Origin: Takakia lepidozioides
Lineage: Eukaryota; Plantae; Bryophyta
NCBI GenBank assembly: GCA_030704615.1
Contig: CM060731.1
Location: 52,452,001 to 52,516,000, forward strand
DNA: 64,000 bases
Direction of reading: 5' to 3'
Translations under genes and position numbers: made by a program
Part shown: in pieces, positions 1 to 10,654 of the stretch
How the letters are laid out: the number at the start of each line of letters is the position of its first letter
Position numbering within the stretch: the stretch's first letter is position 1
Notes under the pieces: model-generated
Told to the model about the DNA's origin: nothing
Seen by the model: the letters and a program-made list of their open reading frames with translations, nothing else
Database searches by the model: none

Positions 1-590
1 TGTATGTAAATGCGGGGGCATCGTGGATGCTCATGACCAAGTGTTCAGTAGAATGCCTCAACGATCTTTGATCACGTGGAATATAATGTTGGCAGGATTT
101 ACCAAGCATGGGTGTGGTAGGAATGCTTGGGAGACCTATGAGCAAATGTTGCGCGAAGGGGTGAAGCCCAACCACATCGCGTTTGTTTGTGTTTGCAATG
201 TGTGTGCAAGCATGAGAGCCCTGGAAAAGGGGAAAGAGGTCCATGGTGACATCGTCAACGCTGGAATTGTACCAAATGACATTTTGAACACTGCCCTGGT
301 CGACATGTATGCCAAATGTGGGTGCATTAAGGATGGGAAGGGAGTTTTCACACTATGGCTGAACGAGGTGTGGTGTCATGGAACGCAATGCTTGCAGGGT
401 ATGCACAGCAGAGACATGGTATGGAGGCTTTGGAGACCTATAATCAAATGATGGGGGAAGGGGTGAATGTTTTTGTGTATTTGCAATGCGTATGCAAGCC
501 TGGCAGCTTTGGAAAAGGGCAAAGAGGTCCATGGTGACATTGTCAGAGCTGCAATTGTACCAAATGTCATTCTGAACAATACCCTCGTGG
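1..590 (+). pseudogene. PLS-class pentatricopeptide repeat (PPR) gene fragment, frameshifted and truncated
   Basis: ORFs 23-451 and 355-537 contain PPR motifs (ITWNIMLAGF..HG, NTALVDMYAKCG, VVSWNAMLAGYAQ). The reading frame shifts near 350 and 470, and similarity stops at about 590. Confidence 0.85.
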
Positions 591-1092
591 TCTGGAGTCT
601 TATTGAAGGCGCCTCATACCCATCTAGGTATCCGTTGTAAACATTGGAGTTGCGCGTTTCAACAAGAGCGCCCTCTACACCCGTCTACTCCTGCCCCTTG
701 CATAAACTAACAAATAGAAAAACAATCAGGCTCTACTATTGATATCCTTCCCGTGTGTGTGCTCTGTTGCAAGCTGCTCCAACGAGAGCAGGATCCCGTT
801 GTGAAGCTTCGACTGAGCAGCCAACCCGCTGTCAAGCAATCTCGGCGGGTAAAACAAAGCAAAGAATGCCACGCTACATATGTGTATGAGGAGTGCACAT
901 GTACATGACTGTATGATGGCAAAGTCAAGATGCGATGACTGTTTTCTTGCATTCGTGGGGCATGCATGATAGATGCTGCAATACACTAATGCTTAGTGAG
1001 AATGTATGATAGTGTTTTGGAGAGCAATGGACCCTGCGCGCGGGCAACGGGTAGTAGGGGGTGGGGGCGGCTGGCGCGACGGCTGCATGCGA

Positions 1093-1115
1093 GGGGGGGG
1101 GGGGGGGGGGGGGGG
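1093..1115 (+). repeat. poly-G tract (23 G) within a G-rich stretch
   Basis: Seen directly in the sequence. Confidence 0.9.
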
Positions 1116-1339
1116 AGGTGGAGGGCGGGGCTGGGGCCACGCAGGTAGACCCGCTGAGGCAGCATTCAACTCCCGAGGCTCATATATCATTTGCCCTGGC
1201 TCGCCAATGCCCTAAACACTTGTGGGCCCGCCTTTCCCTTTCCCTACCCAACCCTCGCTCGTCTGACGCCCTTACTTCCCCACCCATACCTTAAGTAGTA
1301 CTTGTCTTCGTGATTATTCACATGTTCAAAACCGATTGT

Positions 1340-1641
1340 TCAAAGTTATTTTGGAAGGGGAGCTTTGGAGTTAGTATTTCATGGAAGATAAGTCGTAGTA
1401 TCAATCTAACATTGAGCTTTATACGAACAAACAAGGCATAAGATAGGTCTTATCCAATTTTAAATTATTCAATTCAAATATGTTAGAATACTTCCGGAAA
1501 GTTGTGCTTCTCGTTTTCAGATTGAATAGAATCCAAACAAGTATTTTTACCTTATAGGAGGTTGTTTTTATCATTGAGTCTTGTTTAATAGGTACTTGCA
1601 GCTAGAAGGTTGTTCCTACTCTTAGAATTCCTCAGTCCAAA
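1340..1641. repeat. Left part of an AT-rich modular foldback-type repeat, interrupted by the large transposon
   Basis: 1510-1640 is the reverse complement of ~19431-19561 (e.g. aggttgtttttatcattgagtcttgttt vs aaacaagactcaatgattaaaacaacct). Both parts share the modules ttccggaa(a/g)gttgtgctt and aatccaaaca. Confidence 0.7.
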
Positions 1642-1733
1642 GAGAGAGAGAGAAGACTGCGGTCGGTGGACCGGCGTAACTAAGAGCCACTTCGCCTTGC
1701 GGCTACTACCTCCTTTCGGGGGTGGGCCCTATT

Positions 1734-1763
1734 AACTCTATTTTAGCTAATTCTGGACTTTTG
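1734..1763 (+). repeat. Left terminal inverted repeat (30 bp)
   Basis: Reverse complement of 18965-18994 with 2 mismatches. Confidence 0.88.
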
Positions 1764-2541
1764 TTTGGTCCAAAAATAATACAAGATATATGAATAATTA
1801 TAATCTATAATAGAAATAAAGAGATATATCTATAATTATTTGACTATTTGTGCACTATATAACAACAAATTATGTAATCCTCCACACATTCTACGCAAAA
1901 ATACAAGTATGTATTGTGGTCTTAGATGAACATCCACTGCCAAGTTGACGTTCATTAAAAGGAATGGGAGGATGCAATGAATCAAACAATGATGAGAGCT
2001 CCGATATCCAAATTGACATACAGAAACAAATATGGAATAACGACCGAACCAAATATGAAACAATGATGGCATGTGATGAAGAGGACAACACGGAAAAACG
2101 AGTCTGTCGGGATCTGATTGATGATATGAAACATTCATATTTTATTTGAGATTATATCATTCAAGGCGATGGACCAACAGAAAAATGAACATCAACTGTC
2201 CATCCGTTCATGGACTTAATGCCATACAAGCCATAGATTCTGAAGGCATAGAACCGTTACGGCTTATACTAACTCATTAATAATACTGAGCCTCCTTCCA
2301 AACAGCTCGCAGTCAAGGCATGTGTCCGAAGACGCCTCCGGTTACCACAACCGCTTGCAACGGTCTCCGCTCCAGAGAACACAGAGATACATTGTCATCT
2401 GAAATGTTACTGCCAACTCTACTTGATGCCCTTGAAGCCTCCCGGCACGCCCGCCATTCTTCCCAATCACGCAGCTCTTGTTCCTCTTTTAGAATTCGTT
2501 CCTTGAATGTAACTGAGGAGAGGTGATGGAAATGACAAATG

Positions 2542-4700
2542 TTAGGCCCAAAGTGGAAGTTTTGCATATGGATATGTTGAGGTAAGAGTGCAAATGTAGC
2601 TGCAAAAGAATTGGAAAATCAAATTATGAACAAACAAGAGAAGAGTGGGATCCACGTGCCTACCAAGGTAATCAGGTTCCTTTTGTTGTGGGATCCAAAT
2701 ACGAGGATCAAGATATCTTCCATACCAGGCCCAGCAGGCATGGTCTCGACCAATAGGCTTATGAGAATACTTTGCCCGGATCTCGCTAATGTAATCAACG
2801 ACTGTTGAAGCTCCAGCCATCTCCGATATATATGGCCACACTGCTTTTGTCATATCATCCCGGTCACGCAATCCGTTTGGTGAAGGCTTGAATGAGAAAG
2901 GGAAGAATCCAGTATTTTGTGGGTTTCGCAGGCCTTTTGATGGCTCATCATCTACAAGAAGTATTTGCCCCTGCGTAGCAAACGGTCTATCAGGGTACCT
3001 GACAATAACACTTCAAATATCCTTCACGAGATATTTCATCCCGGGCCTGATATAACCAGTGGTATCCTTACAATCCTCAGCAGACCATATGAAGCAAAAC
3101 TTCTTCGCTATTTTCGTGGGGACGAAGCTCTCCAACATCCTACAAAGAACACCTCTATCAGCACATGACCAAATGGCCACGTGAAAATGCTTCAATTCAA
3201 GGTCCAGAAACTCCAAGACTCCAGGCCGAGGCACCACAAACGGTCTGTCAGGAACTTGAAGTGTCACATTCCTGAAACAAAATTTCTCCTTAAACAGTTC
3301 ACCGCCGGTTGGGGGTGGCCAGTAGCAGAAGAGTCCGTTGACACTCAAAATTAACAACATCCGTTTCCTCTTCCCCGCTGTTGCATGTAAAGGATGAGAG
3401 ACAAAGTTATCCTGAGCAGGTTAATCACACACTGACATTAGTGTTTCTGCCATGAAAATACCCACGACCCAGAATGATTGAGTGTATGGAAGATCAACAC
3501 GATTGTGCAGAAAATAGCAAAATACTGCACAATGTTGTGGGCTTGGAATGTTTCAAGAGGAGGGTGAATATTGCTAAGAAGAGGAACGTCGACTGCCAAG
3601 TGGAGGTTCAGGAAAGTACCTTGTACGGAGGGAAATTGATGAAGGTATCGTGCTGCATTCTCGCCTGTTGAGAAAAGATGGAGTTAATTAGTGCATAACC
3701 AAACGAACAGAAAAAAGAAGAAAGTGGAGAAATGATATCGAATAATACCGATGTCGCCTTATTGGAAAGTCTCGCTGGCGGGCTTGGCATCCCAATGGAC
3801 GTGTTTTGACGAGACCCCGGTATGTCCGAGGTATTCATTTTCTTCCTCAAGTCTGCTTTGTCTCTGACGAAAGACTTCTCTCCGGTGGAACCGATTTGTA
3901 GAAGAGATGGAAATGGTTTGGGTGCCCTATTCCGCTTCCTCGGTGCAGAACATTGCGCCAACACTGCAGGGTCAGGAAGCCCAGAAGTTGCAATTGAAGT
4001 TTCGTCCTTGTCCTCGTCGAAAGGATTTCGGAGAAGGGGAACGGAATGGAAATTGTCCCTTGAGCACTCCACATCCTGAAAGGAATTCACACGTAACGAA
4101 GGGATTACCTCGGAACAGATTTCCAATGAAGACGTCGTTTGACAGGAAAGTCACAATCCGCAGATTTTCTGGCCTGGAGTAAAACAAGAACATCAGACCC
4201 AGTACTAAGGAAAACAAAAGGACGAGTTAGAATTCAGATATAAGTAATTTTACCTGACTCCTTCTGATTTGGGATGTCCAAACTTCGTGTTGGGGAGAGA
4301 ATGAGGGAAGAGAGGCAACATTGTGCTGCGGAGCCGCAGCCTCAGCCGCGTCCTCAACGGATGACATTCTCGAGGTAGATTTCACACCATTGACACTTAA
4401 CACGGAGGGTGAGGATTGTAGAGTGAGGTCCACGAAATCCCTTGCACATTTGTCAAGTTGTCTTCCATCTTCGACATTCAATCCTAAACAATCCTGCGAC
4501 AGAACATCCTTTTCAGGAATGGACTGAAGAAGAGGGTCGTGCAATTGAAGGGAAGCCAAGTGCCTGGATGATGCTTCACCGTCGATGACAGAAATCTCAA
4601 CAGTAGTGTGAATGTTGTCCCTCTGTAGACGAATTTCTGATATGGAGGATTCCAATAGAGGTCCCGACAAGAAGTTGGCATCAGCAGCATCGCCATGAAC
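2542..4700 (-). pseudogene. Transposon cargo: FCP1/NIF-family HAD phosphatase-like domain (copy C) with upstream low-complexity exons
   Basis: The exon from 3377 reads KRMLLILSVNGLFC...VVPRPGVLEFL...HFHVAIWSCA...FIWSAEDC. After an in-frame TGA (3013-3015) it continues ILLVDDEPSKGLRNPQNTGFFP, which is the FCP1 layout. The first catalytic Asp is replaced by Ser. The upstream exons (~4700-4254, ~4174-3750) are inferred from GT/AG sites. Confidence 0.7.
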
Positions 4701-5004
4701 CTGCAGAAACGAACTTACAAGGTCAATGTACAGACACGGGATAACCTCCACTGCACAGTGGAGGTTGTCGGATTTGAAAAAGCGAGACGAGTTTCGGAGA
4801 AGGCCTGTATCTCAGAGGATCGGGATGGTATGGGGTGGAGAAATGCTTGGATGAGACTAGGAAATAACAAACAATTCCATGTCAATTCAGATTGAAAAGG
4901 AAATCACAGTACACAACAGTTTTTCTAGAAAACAATACAACCTATAAAAAAAAACCAATAAAAAATAAACATTGAATCACAGACGTGGTTGATCAATAAA
5001 ATCT

Positions 5005-5736
5005 TTATTTTGAAGCATCATATCGGATATTCCCGTAATTAAAATCATCAACATAATCCAGGAGAGGCTTAAACTTGGGATCGGTGGAAACATTCTGACA
5101 AGGCTTAAGTCCTATACTCTTTTCCCTGAGATAACTGGAAACGGTGTTAGATTTCTTCATTTCAAGCAAATATTTCTGAAGAACCTTCTGGAGATAGCAA
5201 GAGTCCGTCTCAACGGATTCAAATGATTTTAGAATCAGGCAGGATTCAGACGGGTTCAACACACACTTAATAGTTGAATCGTCAATAAGTAGAGTGTTAC
5301 TCAGGTTGTACTAACCACCAAATCTTTGCCAGACCGTCATCAATGGCTTCAAGAACAGACTCGGCGGGTCGTATCCTGATATAAATTGAGGGTGGACAAA
5401 AGTAGGACATGAGATACAATCTTCCTGAGACATAACGAATGCCGGCTGAGGAAGACCCCGAAGCATAAAGTCCAATATAGGCTGCAAGTTCTTGTACATC
5501 ATGCAGCTCCATATACCTAGACGGAAATGTTTGTTCAACTCTGTCCACATCTCACGATATTTTTCCCGCCTATAGACAAGTCGAAATCCAACAAGAGCTG
5601 GTATCCTGTAGTCTGTCTCGGATATTCGGGGGACACTGCAGCTCTTCTGGTGCTTCAAGACTTTGCACAAAACTCCATTCAGGTCAAAAATTATCAAGCG
5701 CAATCCTTTCGCAACTGGAGAAACTGGTGCTGCAAT
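5005..5736 (-). pseudogene. Transposon cargo: FCP1/NIF-family HAD phosphatase-like domain (copy B)
   Basis: LIIFDLNGVLC...VYRR...HFRLGIWSC...VMSQEDC...FLKPL..VW. After an in-frame TAG (5311-5313) it continues YNLSNTLLIDDSTIKCVLNP. This is the DLNG-type FCP1 homology domain. Confidence 0.8.
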
Positions 5737-5864
5737 CTGGGAGAAATTCATACATCCACTCAGGTGGTAATCAAGATAAACCAAGGACAGGATTGACATT
5801 GGGAGCAACGTCCACTGGACAGTCGAGGTTCATGAAAATCTAGAGCAGCCATCTACGTTTCAAA

Positions 5865-6653
5865 CTATTCCAATGAAGCGTCAAGAAATTTTTGTTTTCT
5901 AAGATAAACCTGCCACTGCAAATCCCATAGCAAGAGGCATTTGACCTTTGGGTCATTATACGGTGGACATCCTATGGGTTTTTCCACGTTGAATATATCA
6001 GCGTTTTTTCCGGATAACCGCAACTCTTCCAGGTGCGGTTTGAGTTCATCCAGAAGAAACCTGTCCTTGTATGGGTCGATGAGCGCTTTATATTTTGGAA
6101 GGAAGATACCGAGCGACTTTGGGTTCAAGTACGACTTATACATATTTTCTACAGTGTCGATAAGAAGTGTGTTTGATTTGTACGCTACAGGGTCGTCTAC
6201 AGTGAAAAGGTCGTAGAGACGTTTAAGATATATTGGCGCTTTCGGATATTTGGGCCATTCAGTACTGAACGTCTGTCTATGCTTCACGCAGTTCTCATTG
6301 CTGAATTCCCTGACCTTGTAAAACCTTATTCCAAACAAAGCCAGCCCTATATCCAGGACATTTTCTAACGGTCCAGTGTTCCAAAAGCAGACCTCAAAAT
6401 GCTTAAGGACCCATTTCAAGAAGTTGTCCAACCCATTTTGGACTGCAAGCTTGAATTTTCCAGCGCACACACAAGGATGGGTTGCGGGAGGGGATGTCGG
6501 GCCATCTCGGAGGTAAACCTCACCAAGGTAACCGACGTCAAGAACCAGGACGTAGTATCCTGGTCGAGATCCTTTCGGTCCCTCAGAGAGGCGATACCAA
6601 TCTTGTGGGTTCACAGATTTGTGATAGTCGATTGGAGGGTGAATCATATAATC
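5865..6653 (-). CDS. Transposon cargo: divergent FCP1/NIF-like domain (copy A)
   Basis: Open exon YYVLVLDVGYL...GLDNFLKWVLKHFEVCFWNTG...YLKRL...SNTLLIDT..YKSYLNP. The motif order matches copies B and C. Confidence 0.65.
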   Translation of the reverse strand, partial: DYMIHPPIDYHKSVNPQDWYRLSEGPKGSRPGYYVLVLDVGYLGEVYLRDGPTSPPATHPCVCAGKFKLAVQNGLDNFLKWVLKHFEVCFWNTGPLENVLDIGLALFGIRFYKVREFSNENCVKHRQTFSTEWPKYPKAPIYLKRLYDLFTVDDPVAYKSNTLLIDTVENMYKSYLNPKSLGIFLPKYKALIDPYKDRFLLDELKPHLEELRLSGKNADIFNVEKPIGCPPYNDPKVKCLLLWDLQWQVYLRKQKFLDASLE

Positions 6654-7162
6654 CTGTGGAATAACAGAACAATTAATTTATTTTGAAAAGAAGAAGAAGG
6701 ACAAAGAAGAACATAGCTAAGATGGTTATGAGGTGTATACCCGTTTCGGGGAGGGGTTCCGAATTTGCTGATGTTGCTGCTCGCTCTCTTTTCCTTCGCG
6801 GTGAGCAACGACCATCTCCGGCTCATCTCCTCCATCTCGCAACGTCGACTGGGCAGTGGAGGTTGTTTGTTTGACCGGATCAGTTGGGCTGGCCCTTATT
6901 GTTAAGTCCACCTGCCTCCTCACTGTTTGAGTCGCGATGGATTCTATCCGGGTTTGTGTGATTTCCTCCAATTTCCGTTCATGGATCTATATGAGTTTTC
7001 TTACCGTCAGTCACATGTAAATTTCAAGGTGGGAAATATTAAGATACAGATCAGGTATTGCCAAAAACACAACCAGAACACAACCAGATGCAATACACAT
7101 AATTTGTTCCATTTATAATGCTTAAAGACACCATAAATCTCCAGGTGTCATTCGTTACCTAC

Positions 7163-10100
7163 ATCCAAATTGACATGCTGGGAGACACTTTGAGAGCGAG
7201 TTGGGCTCTGAGTTCGGTCTCTGCCTCCGCCGTTTTTTCTTGGAGACGGGCTTTTAGTCCTGGCTCTGTCACCACTGTCCATTTTTGCAGGGGACGGGCT
7301 CTTAGTCCTCCCTTTGTGTCCACTGTCTTTTGTGGGACACGGGCTCTTTGTCCTTGCTCTCTCTACCCTCTCTTTCGCGGGAGACGGGGACATTGTCGCC
7401 GGCTCGTCCCCTTCTACAGGTTTGAACTAGTCGTCTGCACTCCCAATAAAATTGCCGCGCACCTCGATTGAGCTCGCCTCCGCACCCCTTGATGGTGAAG
7501 CAGGATTACTCTTAGTTCTCTCGCTTGAACTTGCTTGAATCACATCTAGGTGTCCAGCCTCCCAACGGTCTGCATTGTCACCATTGTGGCCCTCGTTGTC
7601 CCCGTTACCATCGATGCCCTCGTCCTCCTCTACGTGTTTGGAATGTCCGCCTCCTTCTTCCAAGTCTTCATCTTCCTCTTCCTCATCCTCATCATCGTCT
7701 CCACCGTCAACCTCTTCAGCAACATTGTCATTCTCAATTTGAAGCTTCTTAAAATTCGCTTCAACTTTTCCTTTGCAAAATTTTTTCTTGGTTGAGTGGT
7801 TGATGTCAAGCACTCGAATGTTTCTTGCCTGCACCCAGTCAGTAAAACAGAGGACGTGTTTAATGAAAAATGTAAAATTCGTATTTAAAATGCAAAAAAA
7901 AATTACACTTACATGAAGGGCGTACGTCAACATCACGCCTCCGAAGATGTTGACAGCGGACATCCTGTCTCGACAAAACAGGGAGGCCAAATAGTCATAT
8001 GTGTCAGCTCGTAGCTCATGATTATAAGTCTTGCACTCTTCTTCAAAAGCTGATGGCTTTTCAGAGGGCCCTTCCAGAATCGGCTGTATTGGTTCGATTA
8101 ACAGTACGGTGGAGATGTGCTCGTCCGGATTCTGCATCTCCTCAGATGTCGCTGGAAAAACATAGTCCAGGCACAGTACAGTCCGAGAGAAAGTCTTCGT
8201 GTTGTTTTTGTAAATATTTTCATACTCTCCCGGAACATAAAATCCCTGACAGACAAGATACGATGTTCTTCCGGGACCATTTTGGATGTAGGAGACCAGA
8301 TTGGCCGAGGACAGTTGCGTCGAGAAGAAAACAAAAGCACTCGTGTTCATTTTAGCCACAAAGGCCTCCAATATGTTCACATAATCGTTGGACTCAAATA
8401 CGATAGAGTCGTCTTCAGAAACTGTATTGACGAACACCATCGCTATGTTGTCAAACCATTTCTTCGGTGCGAGTCGCAGACGAGACTTGGCATTGGCGAA
8501 TTTTGTTTCTCCACCCATGATAGCGTAATGAGTCTTGAAACTCGCTGAAATAATCGCCATGGCATCCTCTCTATCCTCATAAGCTTTCTTGATGGAGGAG
8601 ACATACTTAACAAAAGCGGCCGTGAGTGGTTTTGTCTCCATGTTCATCTTGATCTTGCTTTGGATGTAATCCGTCCCCAGTTTGTCTTTAAATGTTGAGA
8701 ACTCTGCCTTATTGAAGTGGCACTTTCTCTTCACTTCACGCCACTCGTCCTTAGTGTACGGTTCCGTGCACTGTTTGCTCCTCTGAGGCCACCCCAACAC
8801 TTCCATCACATTGTCGACAATAAACCGGCGCATTTTCATGTCGTCTATGTACTTGTTCATGCCTTGAATTGATTTGTCTCGACCTTTGTAATCTCGAATG
8901 GTCAATTTCAGGTCCAGGATTTTCTGAGCAACTTTTATCAGCTGCCATTTGTTCAACCCTCGCAGCTTTGCGATAATAGATTTTGTGAGCTGTTGCTGTT
9001 CACCCTTGTACTGTATCCCAAGCGGGTCGAGTAGCTTTCCCTGCTCCTAGTTTTTGAAAACATCTTCCCAGATCTTCCAAACGTCGTCATCGCAAAGTAC
9101 CAGGACCATTGCCTCCTTAATGCTACCCATTTCTAGTATCAAATGACAGGCAAACATGAACTCCTGCACATTCATTCAGGGATAAATTAGTTGTCACTCC
9201 GACAACATAAGTATTCTTTAGCATAAAATGAATGTGAATAGTAGATGTTGATTCCATAAATGCATACCTTCCATTGTTTCGTCTCGGACTTTGTGGTGTG
9301 ATCGTTGTATTTCTTTGGCTTCCCCCTCAGGTTGAATAACATTCGCGCATGCGCAACTTTCTCCAGCATTGTTGTATCAAACTTTTGCGCCTTATTGGGA
9401 TCGTTGAGGAGTTTTGACAACTTCAGGAGCCTTTGTTCATCGGTAGACCATACAATCTTCGCAGGCCACTCCCGGTAGTACTCCTTCAGTCGCTGTCGGC
9501 AAGATCCTTGATAAGTTCCTGCTACAGTTAATGTAAAATGGGTGAGAGAGTTGAAATTGTGGGGACATATCCAATTTTGTAGTTCAACACCAACCTCCAC
9601 TGCCCAGTGGGTTAAAAGAGAGGTCTGGGAGGAAATGAAGTCCATTACCTTTGCTGCCACGATGGTGTGTTGTCCACCAATTACGAAGAACCTTGATACG
9701 TCCATCTCCTTCCATTGCTTCGGTCGCGATGAAGCAATCTTCTCGGGATTGGAAGAGTTGATTGGCGCAAGATACACCGGATGTTTGGAGTCGAACAAAT
9801 GAAGTTGGAAGAGTCGCGCTTTCACTTTGTCCTTATGCTTGATATTTAACGGCCTGTAAACCATGCTCCTTGGAGCTAGTTCTATCATGGAAACCTTCAC
9901 AAGGAAGGTACTCTCGAATCCGAATGGAAATACATCATTGTATTCCTTCGTGAGCCTCTCCTCCATCTTTTTGCATTTTTCCTTGTCAAAAATCTCCCCA
10001 GCTAGGTCTCTTGTTATCTGACATCAATGCTGGATCCTTATCCTCCTTCTGTTTCTTCTTTCATGCGGAAGTCCCGGCCTCATTGTCATCATTGCCGGCT

Positions 10101-10654
10101 GTCAACGACTTGCGTTTTCCCTTCTTCGGCTTTGATGCTTCCTGTAGTGCTCATTTTTTTCGAATGTTGTTCCCCATTGCGTGCAGAAGATCCAGAAAAA
10201 TACTCCAGGCCCTCGACAAACCTACGTCTGTAAATACTGAGCCCTCGTCTGGAAATCTAAAACCCAGTGCAATGCATTCACTCATCAACGACTTGTTCAG
10301 ACGACCCACCTCCACTTTGAAACCAAACGTCCTGGGGGTTCTCGCATCCTCATGCAGGAACAAAACCAACATCGGGTTTTCCTCTTCAGATTCAAGCTCT
10401 ATATCGAGAGCTTTTGCGTATTTTAAGTCTGTTATTACTCCAAGACTTCTGTAATGAAAAGACAGTTTGTGATCAGGAGGTGTACCGACAGGCATGATGC
10501 CCCAATCTGTCACCTCTGGGTTAAGCTCAAAAATAGCGGTGTGCTCAGTTTTGAAATGTGAGGACTTCCGGCATACGAATGCGCCACAAATATCTCCAAT
10601 CAATCCCGGGACGCAATCTGGTGGTGTAGGATGTCTTCTGTTACAACCAAACAC
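7163..10654 (-). pseudogene. Transposon cargo: ParB-like domain + helical region + degenerate beta-class amino-methyltransferase-like fold + acidic and Ser-Pro tail (spliced, several nonsense or frameshift lesions)
   Basis: ParB/Srx-like segment IELAP...YRPLN...V...FFVIGGQHTIVAAK (ORF 9187-9966). The C-terminal segment IAMVFVNT...ELRADTYDYLASLFCRDRMSAVNIFGG..LTYALH|ARNIRVLDIN parallels the DPPY...KP..L..LI..FS..GD.VLDPFxG...GR..IG.E order of beta-class MTases. GT-AG introns lie at ~9648-9519, ~9268-9164 and 7912-7829. Confidence 0.55.
7240..7400 (-). repeat. ~45-48 bp coding tandem repeat (RTKSPSP-type peptides)
   Basis: ORF 7148-7393 reads MSPSPAK..RARTKSPCPTK..GRTKSPSPAK..RARTKSPSPRK..RTQSPTRS. 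Confidence 0.8.

Noticed and set aside
925-1294. Pro/Gly-rich ORFs
   Set aside because: They are artefacts of the poly-G tract and show no recognisable domain.
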